NCBI GenBank assembly: GCA_964291495.2
Contig: OZ219871.1
Location: 1,568,001 to 1,632,000 of the forward strand
Reading direction: 5' to 3'
Source of the DNA: Dehalococcoidia bacterium
GTDB lineage: Bacteria; Chloroflexota; Dehalococcoidia; UBA2979
DNA: 64,000 bases
In this document: positions 47,516 through 57,094 of the stretch, one piece after another
How positions within the stretch are numbered: position 1 is the stretch's first letter
Layout: each line of letters opens with the position of its first letter
The notes under the pieces: model-generated
What the model was told of the DNA's origin: nothing
The model's input: the letters and a program-made list of their open reading frames with translations, nothing else
The model's database searches: none
Position numbers and translations under genes: made by a program

Positions 47516-48706
47516 GTGAGCGATGAGATTCAGGCCCTGGAAGCACAGCTCTACATGCAGGCCGCGCGGCGGCTGCCGGTCACCCTCGTGCGTGGCGAGG
47601 GCACGCGCGTCTGGGACAGCGACGGCAAGGAGTACCTCGACTTCGTCGCCGGCATCTCGACCAACACCTTCGGCCACGCGGACCCGGGTCTGGCTCAGGC
47701 GATCAGCGAGCAGGCAGGCACCCTGATCCACTGCTCCAACATCTTCTTCAGCGAGCCGCAGATCGAGCTCGCGCAGCTGCTGATCGACAACTCGCCGATG
47801 GACCGCGTCTTCTTCGCGAACTCCGGGGCCGAGGCCAACGAGGGCGCGCTCAAGCTGGCGCGCAAGTGGGGTCGCGTCCGCAAGGACGGGGCCGGCGAGA
47901 TCATCGTGACCCACAACGGCTTCCTCGGCCGCACGATGGCGACTGTCGCCGCGACCGGCACCCCCGCCTACCGCGAGCCGTTCGAGCCGCTGGTGCCCGG
48001 CTTCGTCCACGTCGACTTCGACGACATCGAGGCGGTGCAGGCGGCGACCTCGCCGCAGACCGCGGCGGTGATGGTGGAGCCGATCCAGGCCGAGGGCGGC
48101 ATCATCGTTCCCAGCGACGACTACCTGCGGAAGCTGCGCGAGTGGTGCGACGAGCAGCAGATGCTCCTGATGCTCGACGAGATCCAGGTCGGCATGGGCC
48201 GCACGGGCACCCTCTGGGCGCATGAGCAGGCCGGCATCGAGCCCGATGTCATGACGAGCGCGAAGGCGTTGGGAGGCGGCGTGCCGATCGGCGCGCTGCT
48301 CTGCAAGGAGAGCGCCAACGTCTTCGAGCCGGGCGACCACGGCAGCACCTTCGGCGGGCAGCCGCTGGCCACTGCCGCCGCCGCCCACGTGGTGCGGCGC
48401 GTCATCGAGGGCGACATCCTGCAGAACGTGCGCGAGCGAGGCGCCCAGGCGGCGGCCGCCCTTAGCGCGCTCGGCGAGAAGCACGCTGCGGTGAAGGGCG
48501 TGCGCGGCCGCGGCCTGCTGATCGGCCTCGAGCTCAACGACGCGATCGCGCCCGACGTGGTCGTCAACTCGGTGGGTCGCGGCCTGCTGCTCAACCCCGT
48601 GCGCCCGGACGTCGTGCGGCTGATGCCGCCGTTGAACGTCAGCGCCGAGGAGATCGACCGCTGCGTCGAGATCATCGACGCCGCGATCAGCGAGGTCACC
48701 GCCTGA
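47516..48706 (+). CDS. argD: Acetylornithine aminotransferase
   Basis: YLDFVAGI, FANSGAEANE, EPIQAEGG, DEIQVGMGRTG, AKALGGG, HGSTFGG. Confidence 0.93.
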   Translation: MSDEIQALEAQLYMQAARRLPVTLVRGEGTRVWDSDGKEYLDFVAGISTNTFGHADPGLAQAISEQAGTLIHCSNIFFSEPQIELAQLLIDNSPMDRVFFANSGAEANEGALKLARKWGRVRKDGAGEIIVTHNGFLGRTMATVAATGTPAYREPFEPLVPGFVHVDFDDIEAVQAATSPQTAAVMVEPIQAEGGIIVPSDDYLRKLREWCDEQQMLLMLDEIQVGMGRTGTLWAHEQAGIEPDVMTSAKALGGGVPIGALLCKESANVFEPGDHGSTFGGQPLATAAAAHVVRRVIEGDILQNVRERGAQAAAALSALGEKHAAVKGVRGRGLLIGLELNDAIAPDVVVNSVGRGLLLNPVRPDVVRLMPPLNVSAEEIDRCVEIIDAAISEVTA

Positions 48707-48734
48707 CCGGGAGCGCCGTCGGGAGCCTCGAGCC

Positions 48735-49133
48735 ATGGAGCTGGGCTGGACGATCGTCTACGTCAAGAGCGTCGAGGCGGCCGTGCGCTTCTACCGGCGC
48801 GCCTTCGGCCTGGAGCTGCGCTTCATCGTCGAGACGAAGGACTACGCGGAGATGGAGACGGGCTCGACGGCGCTCGCCTTCGCCTCGAACCGCTTCGCCG
48901 CGGTGCACATGCCCGCGCCGATCCGCGAGAGCGACCCGGACGAGCCGGCCCCCGGCTTCACCATCTCCTTCCGCAGCAACGATGTGGCGGCGGACTACGA
49001 GCGGGCGATCGAGGCCGGCGCCACGCCGCTGGCGCCGCCGAGCGAGCAACCCTGGGGCCAGACCACCGCCTGCGTGCGCGATCCCGATGGCGTCATGATC
49101 GAGATCGCCTCGCCGCTGGTGGTCGGCGCATGA
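48735..49133 (+). CDS. VOC family protein
   Basis: TIVYV.SV..AVRFYRRAFG, PWGQTTACVRDPDG. Confidence 0.88.
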   Translation: MELGWTIVYVKSVEAAVRFYRRAFGLELRFIVETKDYAEMETGSTALAFASNRFAAVHMPAPIRESDPDEPAPGFTISFRSNDVAADYERAIEAGATPLAPPSEQPWGQTTACVRDPDGVMIEIASPLVVGA

Positions 49134-49163
49134 GCGGAGCCACAGTTTGAGCGGAGACACAGT
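49131..49163 (+). repeat. Tandem 16-nt repeat TGAGCGGAG(C/A)CACAGT
   Basis: 49131-49146 and 49148-49163, 15/16 identical, directly before the argG GTG. Confidence 0.7.
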
Positions 49164-50402
<1,239 letters not shown>

Positions 50403-50405
50403 CCG

Positions 50406-50447
50406 GCTCGCATGCCGCGGGCACGCGGTGCTAAACTCGTGTCATGG
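50406..50447 (+). repeat. Degenerate direct repeat of the argH promoter/start region (second copy 50828-50869)
   Basis: 30/42 ungapped identity, including CGCGGTGCTA..CTCG and ATGG in register. Confidence 0.65.
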
Positions 50448-50821
50448 CAGCCGTCGATCCCGTCGAGGTAGCGGACCACGCCGCGCAGGCGCGTGAGTTC
50501 CTGGCGAAGGCCCGGGAGTACCTAGCCTCGGACGACCTGCATCAGGCGTCCGAGAAGGGCTGGGGAGCGGCCTCGCACATGGCGAAGGCCGTGGCCGCGG
50601 CCCAGGGCTGGGAATATGAGACCCACGCAGACTTCAGCGTCGTGCTCAACCGCGCCCGGCGGCTGACCGGTGACGCCCGCCTCGGCAGCCTCCGCGCCAT
50701 CGCCAACGATCTGCACGGCAACTACTACCGTCGCAAGCGGCATCTCGACGCCGCGGTCATAGGCGAGGACGTCGAGAGCATGGCTGAGCTGCTCGAGTTG
50801 CTGGCGCCGCTCGCTGCCTGA
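50444..50821 (+). CDS. PaREP1/HEPN-like protein
   Basis: AREFL..A..YL...DL.QASEKGWGAA...KAVA, LH.NYY. Confidence 0.8.
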   Translation: MAAVDPVEVADHAAQAREFLAKAREYLASDDLHQASEKGWGAASHMAKAVAAAQGWEYETHADFSVVLNRARRLTGDARLGSLRAIANDLHGNYYRRKRHLDAAVIGEDVESMAELLELLAPLAA

Positions 50822-50865
50822 CCCCCCGCTCGCGCGTCGCACGCGCGCGGTGCTAGCCTCGAACG

Positions 50866-52278
50866 ATGGCGGACGAGGCTGGGCAGCAGGGGGGCGACAA
50901 GCTCTGGGGCGGGCGCTTCAGCGCGCCTACCGACGCGCTCGTCGAGGCCTACACCGCGTCCATCGCCTTCGATAGGCGGCTCTACCGCGAGGACATCGCG
51001 GGCTCGATCGCGCACGCCCGGATGCTCGCGAAGCAGGGGATCATCGCCGACGCCGACCGCGACGCGATCGTCGAGGGACTGCGTGCCATCGAGGCGGAGA
51101 TCGAGGCGGGTAGCTTCGAGTTCCGCGAGGATCGCGAGGACATCCATCTCAACATCGAGGCAGCCCTCGCCGAGCGCATCGGCGAACCGGCGCGGCGGCT
51201 GCACACCGCCCGCTCGCGCAACGACCAGGTGGCGACCGACCTGCGCATGTTCGTGCGCGCCGCCTGCGACGAGGCCGCCGCGCGCCTGCGCGCGCTGCGA
51301 GGCGCGCTGATCGACCTCGCCGAGCGGGAGGTGGGGACGGTCGTGCCCGGCTACACGCACCTCCAGCGCGCGCAGCCCGTGCTGCTCGCCCATCACCTGC
51401 TCGCCTACGAGGAGATGTTCGCGCGCGACGCCGAGCGGCTGCGGCAGGCGCGAGGGCGCGCCAACGTGCTGCCGCTCGGCTCGGGCGCCCTCGCCGGCGT
51501 CGGCTACCCGATCGATCGCGAGTTCGTCGCGCGCGAGTTGGGCTTCGAGGCGGTCTCCGCGAACTCGCTCGACGCCGTCTCCGACCGCGACTTCGTGGTC
51601 GATGTCCACGCGGCGGCGGCGCTGGCGATGACGCACCTCTCGCGGCTGTCCGAGGAGATCGTGCTCTGGGCCTCGGCCGAGTTCGGCCTCGTGAGCCTCG
51701 ACGACGCCTTCTCGACGGGGTCGAGCATCATGCCGCAGAAGCGCAACCCGGACGTGGCGGAGCTGGCGAGGGGCAAGAGCGCGCGCGTGATCGGCAACCT
51801 CGTGCAGGCGCTGACCCTGCTCAAGGGCCAGCCGCTGGCCTACAACCGCGACCTGCAGGAGGACAAGGAGCCGCTCTTCGACACGGTCGACACGCTGCTC
51901 GACTCGCTGGCGGTGATGGCCGCGATGCTGCCCTCGCTGCAATTCGACGCCGAGCGCGGGCGCGCGGCGGCGGTCGCGAACTTCGCGCTCGCGACCGACC
52001 TCGCCGACCAGCTCGTGCGCAACGGCGTGCCCTTCCGTGAGGCGCACGAGGTGATCGGCGCGCTCGTCGCACGCTGCGAGCAGGAGGGCCGCACCTTCGA
52101 GGACCTCACGCCCGAGGAGTTCGCCGAAGCGCACCCGGTCTTCGCCGCGGAGCCGCCCGCCCTCGGCCTCGAGGCGGCGCTGGCCGCGCGCGCCGCCACT
52201 GGCGGCACCGCGCCGGAGGCGGTGGCGCGCCAGCGCGAGGCCGCCCGCGCGCGGCTCGCGGCCGAGGAGGCGGAGTGA
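50866..52278 (+). CDS. argH: Argininosuccinate lyase
   Basis: KLWGGRF, LHTARSRNDQV, GYTHLQRAQP, GSSIMPQKRNPD, YNRDLQEDKE. Confidence 0.97.
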   Translation: MADEAGQQGGDKLWGGRFSAPTDALVEAYTASIAFDRRLYREDIAGSIAHARMLAKQGIIADADRDAIVEGLRAIEAEIEAGSFEFREDREDIHLNIEAALAERIGEPARRLHTARSRNDQVATDLRMFVRAACDEAAARLRALRGALIDLAEREVGTVVPGYTHLQRAQPVLLAHHLLAYEEMFARDAERLRQARGRANVLPLGSGALAGVGYPIDREFVARELGFEAVSANSLDAVSDRDFVVDVHAAAALAMTHLSRLSEEIVLWASAEFGLVSLDDAFSTGSSIMPQKRNPDVAELARGKSARVIGNLVQALTLLKGQPLAYNRDLQEDKEPLFDTVDTLLDSLAVMAAMLPSLQFDAERGRAAAVANFALATDLADQLVRNGVPFREAHEVIGALVARCEQEGRTFEDLTPEEFAEAHPVFAAEPPALGLEAALAARAATGGTAPEAVARQREAARARLAAEEAE

Positions 52279-52958
52279 GCGGCGAGGCGCCAGCGCGGCG
52301 CGCCGGCATCGCGCCCTCGATCCTCACGGCCGACCTCGGACGCCTCGCCGACGCGGTCGCGGCCGCCGAGGCGGGCGGCGCCGACGTGATGCACATCGAC
52401 GTGATGGACGGGCAGTTCGTCCCGCAGATCAGCTTCGGCCCGCTGATCGTCGAGGCCGTGCGCGAGGCGGTCTCGCTGCCGATCGAGGCGCACATGATGG
52501 TCGCCGACCCGCTTGAGCAGCTCGAGCCGCTGGCAGAGGCGGGCGCCGGGAGGCTGATCTTCCACCTCGAGGCGACGGACGAGCCGCAGCGCGAGATCGC
52601 GCGGGCGCGCGAGCTGTCCTGCGAGGTGGGCATCGCGATCAGCCCGCTCACGCCCGTCGCGGCGCTGGAGCCGTGGCTGCCGCAGCTCGACGAGGTGACG
52701 GTGATGCTTGTCTACCCCGGGCGCGGTGGGCAGGAGCTGATCCCGGAGCTGCTGGACAAGGTCCGCGAGCTGCGGGCCGCCCTCGACGCGCTCGGCAGCG
52801 ACGCGGAGATCGAGGTCGACGGCGGCGTGAAGGCGCACAATGCGCTGGAGTGCGTCCACGCGGGCGCGAGCCTGCTGGTCGCCGGCTCGGCCGTCTACAA
52901 CCCCAACGAGACGCCGCAAGAGGCGCTCGCCACGCTGCGCGCCGCCCTCGAGGCGTGA
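52275..52958 (+). CDS. rpe: Ribulose-phosphate 3-epimerase
   Basis: IAPSIL, HIDVMDGQFVP, IEVDGG, VAGSA. Confidence 0.95.
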   Translation: MSGEAPARRAGIAPSILTADLGRLADAVAAAEAGGADVMHIDVMDGQFVPQISFGPLIVEAVREAVSLPIEAHMMVADPLEQLEPLAEAGAGRLIFHLEATDEPQREIARARELSCEVGIAISPLTPVAALEPWLPQLDEVTVMLVYPGRGGQELIPELLDKVRELRAALDALGSDAEIEVDGGVKAHNALECVHAGASLLVAGSAVYNPNETPQEALATLRAALEA

Positions 52959-52995
52959 TAGAAGCGCGGACTTCTCGGCGACGTCCGCCGCGCGC

Positions 52996-54068
52996 TCACC
53001 CCCCGAACTGGCGGCACCACGGTAGGTCGAGTCGCTCGTAGTCGGCGATGGCGTCCTTCAATCGCAAGGAAACGCAGCCGCTCAACCTGTTGGCCGAGAG
53101 GTACAGCGCTCTCAAGTTGGTGAGGCCATCCAACTCGGGCGGGACGGCCCCGCTCAACTCGTTGTACTCGAGGTCGAGCAACCGCAGATTCGCGAGCTGG
53201 CCAAGTTCCGGCGGGATTGACCCGCTCAGATTGTTGTGCGAAAGGAACAAGGACCGCAGGTTGGTGAGGCTGCCCAGCTCAGCTGGGATCGGGCCACTCA
53301 ACTGGTTCGGTGTGAGGCCCAGTGTTTCCAGGCGCGCGAGGTCACCCAACGTGGGCGGGATGGGTCCGGTCAGCTTGTTCGCCCCGAGCTCCAGCTCCTT
53401 CAGGCGAGCGAGCATGCCCAACTCGGGCGGGATCGGTCCACTCAACTGGTTGCTGACGAGGTACAGCCTCTCGAGGTGGACCAGGTCGCCCAACTCCGCC
53501 GGGATTGGTCCGCTCAGCTTGTGCTCCAGCAGGAACAGCTCCTTGAGGCGAGTGAGCATGCCCAGCTCGGGCGGGATCGGCCCGCTCAGGTCGCTGTGCG
53601 AGGGAGCCGTGTGAGGGCGGTGATGCCCAATAATCAGCCGCTCAAGGCGCGTCAGGCGACCCAACTCGGGCGGGATCGTGCCGCTAACTCCAGTTCGTAC
53701 CCAGACGCGCAACTCGGTCACGCGGCCTTCGCCATCGGTCGTGACCCCGGACCACGAGCCGAGCGGTCTGCTGCTCAACCAGTTCGTGCTCTCAGCCCAG
53801 CCCCAACCGCCTGCGGCGCGGTAGAGCGCAACGAGGGCGGCGCGGTCGGCGGCGACCTCCGCCGACTCCGGAGTCCTGCTTGGGGCCGGCGTCGTGGGCA
53901 CGGGCGCGGGGGGGGGTTCGCGGGCCGAGCCCGAACGGTGATCTGTGTCGGCGTAGCGGTGGCCGTCGCCTCGCCCGCGCCGGCCTCCTCCCCGCCGCCC
54001 GTGCAGGCCACGAGGGCCGACGCGGCGAGCAGCAGCGCTGCCAGCAAAGCCGCCAGTCGTGCGTCCAT
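52996..54068 (-). pseudogene. Plant-type leucine-rich-repeat lipoprotein, frameshifted at a C9 tract (possibly phase variable)
   Basis: Signal peptide and lipobox LVAC from ATG 54068 in one frame; DRAALVALY cap plus about 8 24-aa LxxLxLxxNxLSGxIPxELGxL repeats in another; frames join at G9 53908-53916. Confidence 0.8.
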
Positions 54069-54199
54069 ACGCGCCCCTCACCCGACAATACGCCGAGGGC
54101 TCGCATTCGGTTCCCCCAGAAGCCGATCGGACGTGAGGTCGCCCGGCTGACGGGCGCGCGGAACCCGGGTCGAGGTCGGGTCCGGGAGTAGGCGTCGGC

Positions 54200-54457
54200 T
54201 CAGACGGTGGCGGTGCTGGCCGAGGGGATGGCGGGCTTGCCCTCGGAGAGGCGCTTGAGCTGGGTGCGCAGGCAGCGCGTGCAGACGTTGACGCGCTTCC
54301 AGCGGCCGTCGATCAGCAGCCGCTTCTTGTGCACGTTGGGGCGGAACTCGCGGTTGGTGCGCTGGGCCTTGCGCTCCCAGCGCCCGGAGTGCTTGTGCCG
54401 GATGTTGCGGCCGAAGGCGGTGCGCTTCGGGCAGAGGTCGCACTTTCCGGAGGCCAT
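54200..54457 (-). CDS. rpmB: 50S ribosomal protein bL28 (zinc-ribbon form)
   Basis: KCDLC.K...FG.N, TNREFRPNV, VCTRCLRT; divergent from the DAK2 gene as is typical. Confidence 0.93.
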   Translation of the reverse strand: MASGKCDLCPKRTAFGRNIRHKHSGRWERKAQRTNREFRPNVHKKRLLIDGRWKRVNVCTRCLRTQLKRLSEGKPAIPSASTATV

Positions 54458-54585
54458 GAGACGCCATCTCTCGTTGTCGCGGCTCGCGCTATGCTTGAGC
54501 GGGATCAGAGCGTAGCACCGGACCCGGTGCTGCGCTACGCCGCCGCAGACGCGGCGGGGCGCGAGGAACGAGGACGCAGCAGCCA

Positions 54586-56214
54586 ATGACCTCGACCGGC
54601 ACCGACACCGCGACAGCCCTCGACGGGGCGGACCTGCGCCACGCGCTCCAGGTCGCCGAACTCTGGCTCGAGGCCAACCGCGAGGCGCTCAACGCGATCA
54701 ACGTCTACCCCGTGCCGGACGGCGACACCGGGACCAACATGCTGCTCACCCTGCGCGCCGCGAACGCCACCCTGCCCGAGACGGGCGGCGTCGGCGTGAT
54801 CAGCAAGGCGCTCGCCGACGCGGCGCTGCTCGGCGCGCGCGGCAACAGCGGCGTGATCCTCTCGCAGATGCTGCGCGGCTTCGCCGACGGCCTCGAGGGC
54901 GTCGAGACGCTCGGGCCCGCGGAGCTGCGCACCGCCCTCAGCACTGCCTCGGACGTCGCCTACGGCGCCGTGCCCGAGCCCGTCGAGGGCACGATGCTGA
55001 CGGTCATGCGCGAGGCCGCCGCGGTCGCGGCGGAGGCCGACGCCGCGCTCGCCCTCGACGAGCTGCTGGCCGTCGCGCTCGAGGAGGCGGAGGCGAGCGT
55101 GGAGCGCACGCCGGATCTGCTGCCGCGGCTGCAGGAGGCCGGCGTCGTCGACGCCGGTGGGCAGGGCGTCGCCGTCGTGCTGGCGGGCCTGCTCTACGGC
55201 GTGCGCGGCGAGGCGCTGCCGGAGCCGCCGCCCGCCCCGACCGGCGCGGTCGACCTCGGCGGCGTCGAGCACGAGGGGCACGGCTACTGCGTCGAGTACA
55301 TCGTGCAGGGGCAGGGCCTCGAGCGCGCCGTGCTGGCCGCCGAGCTGAGCGAGGCCGAGGGCGAGTCCGTGCTCGTCGTCGGCGACCCCTCGGCGTTGCG
55401 CGTGCACGTGCACATGGAGGACCCCGGCGTCGCCCTCTCGAAGGGCGCCGCCCACGGCGGGCTGCAGAGCGTCAAGGTCGACAACATGCAGGCCCAGCAC
55501 GAGACCTGGGCCGCGGGCCACGAGGATGCCGAGGACGACGACGCTCCGGCGCCTCCGGTCGGCCTCGTCGCCGTCGTACAGGGGCCGGGGTTGACGGCGC
55601 ACTTCCGCGACCTCGGCGTTACCCGGATCGTGAGCGGCGGCGCGACGAACAACCCCAGCGCCGGCGAGCTGCTCGAGGCGGCGCGCCGGGCCGGCCGGGA
55701 GCGGGTCTTCATCCTCCCCAACGACTCCAACGTGCTGCTCGCCGCCGAGCAGGCGGCGCAGCAGGAGCCGGACCTGATCAGCGTCGTCCCCGCCCGCACC
55801 GTCGCCGCCGGGCTCGCGGCGGCTCTTAGCTTCGTGCCCAGCGAGCCACCCGAGGTACTCGAAGAGGCGCTCGGCAACGCCGCCGCTTCCGCCCGCTGCG
55901 TCGAGGTCACGCGCGCCGTGCGCGACGCGACCGCCGACGGCGTGAGCGTGACGGCGGGCGATGCGATCGCGATCGTCGACGGCCGTCTCGTCGCGCGCGC
56001 GGAGGACATCGACGACGCGCTGCTCGCCGGCGTTACGCAGGCGCTTGAGTCCGACGAGATGCTCGAGCTGGCGACCGTGTACCTCGGTGTGGACGCGCCC
56101 GCCGGGTCGGCGGATCGGGTGCCCGAACTGCTCGAGGACGCACACGAAGATCTTGAGGTCGAGGTGTACACGGGCGGGCAGCCGCACTACCCGTACCTCG
56201 TGAGCCTCGAGTAG
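54586..56214 (+). CDS. fakA: DAK2 domain fatty acid kinase catalytic subunit (FakA/YloV-like)
   Basis: INVYPVPDGDTGTNM, GARGNSGVILSQ, GVVDAGG, GYCVE, GGQPHYPY. Confidence 0.92.
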   Translation: MTSTGTDTATALDGADLRHALQVAELWLEANREALNAINVYPVPDGDTGTNMLLTLRAANATLPETGGVGVISKALADAALLGARGNSGVILSQMLRGFADGLEGVETLGPAELRTALSTASDVAYGAVPEPVEGTMLTVMREAAAVAAEADAALALDELLAVALEEAEASVERTPDLLPRLQEAGVVDAGGQGVAVVLAGLLYGVRGEALPEPPPAPTGAVDLGGVEHEGHGYCVEYIVQGQGLERAVLAAELSEAEGESVLVVGDPSALRVHVHMEDPGVALSKGAAHGGLQSVKVDNMQAQHETWAAGHEDAEDDDAPAPPVGLVAVVQGPGLTAHFRDLGVTRIVSGGATNNPSAGELLEAARRAGRERVFILPNDSNVLLAAEQAAQQEPDLISVVPARTVAAGLAAALSFVPSEPPEVLEEALGNAAASARCVEVTRAVRDATADGVSVTAGDAIAIVDGRLVARAEDIDDALLAGVTQALESDEMLELATVYLGVDAPAGSADRVPELLEDAHEDLEVEVYTGGQPHYPYLVSLE

Positions 56215-56239
56215 ATAGCAGACGGAAGGACCACGCCCG

Positions 56240-57094
56240 ATGAGCATCCGCATCGTCACCGACTCGACCTGTGACATCCCGCGCGACCTCGCCGAGAAGC
56301 ACGGAATCACCATCGTCCCCGCGAGCGTCTTCTTCGGCGACGAGCACCTGCTCGACGGCGTGGACATCGACTCCGACACGTTCTTCGAGCGGCTCGCCCG
56401 CGAGTCCCAGCTGCCGACCACCTCGCAGCCCTCGCCCGGCGCGTTCCGCGACGTCTACCAGCAACTCAAAGATGAGGGCGCGACGGAGATCCTGTCGCTC
56501 CACGTCTCCGAGAAGCTGAGCGGGACCCTCGCCTCGGCGCGCCAGGGCGCGCAACAGGTCGAGGGCGTGCGCATCGAGACTGTCGATTCGGAGAGCGCGA
56601 CGCTGGCGCTCGGGCTGGGTGCGATCACGGCGGCCGAGGCGGTTGCGGACGGTGCGAGCCTCGACGAGGCGCGTGACCGGGTGCTGGAGCAGTTCGGGCG
56701 CACGCAGAACTTCATCCTCGTCGATACGCTCGAATACCTGCGCCGCGGTGGCCGCATCGGGCGCGCGCAGGAGATGCTCGGCGGCCTGATGCGTGTCAAG
56801 CCGCTGCTCGCGATCCAGGACGGCGTGATCGTCCCGGTCGGCCGCGTGCGCACGAAGAAGAAGGCGGTCGCCGAAGTGATCCGCCGCACAGCCGCGCTCG
56901 GCTCGATCGAGCAGCTCGCCGTGCTCCACTCGACCACCCCGGACGAAGCGGCCGACCTCGCCAGCCGACTCGGCGAGAACGCGCCCGGTGCGCCCGTGAT
57001 GCAGGGCCAGGTCGGCCCCGCCATCGGCGTGCACGTCGGTCCCGGGCTGCTCGCCGTCGTCGCAGTACTCTCCCCGGTCGCCCCTGCGGCATGA
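56240..57094 (+). CDS. DegV family fatty-acid binding protein (FakB-like)
   Basis: IVTDSTCD, PTTSQPS, LSGT, LEYLRRGGRIG, HVGPG. Confidence 0.93.
   Translation: MSIRIVTDSTCDIPRDLAEKHGITIVPASVFFGDEHLLDGVDIDSDTFFERLARESQLPTTSQPSPGAFRDVYQQLKDEGATEILSLHVSEKLSGTLASARQGAQQVEGVRIETVDSESATLALGLGAITAAEAVADGASLDEARDRVLEQFGRTQNFILVDTLEYLRRGGRIGRAQEMLGGLMRVKPLLAIQDGVIVPVGRVRTKKKAVAEVIRRTAALGSIEQLAVLHSTTPDEAADLASRLGENAPGAPVMQGQVGPAIGVHVGPGLLAVVAVLSPVAPAA

Noticed and set aside
43847-48736. 1629-aa antisense ORF and many other long Arg/Ala/Gly-rich ORFs (e.g. 3830-6190, 34586-36685, 57220-59088)
   Set aside because: Shadow frames of real genes in very GC-rich DNA; no motifs, and they overlap well-supported genes.
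52996-54081. 361-aa ORF as the true full LRR protein
   Set aside because: Its N-terminal ~55 aa are Arg/Gly-rich out-of-frame sequence. The signal peptide is in the 54068 frame.
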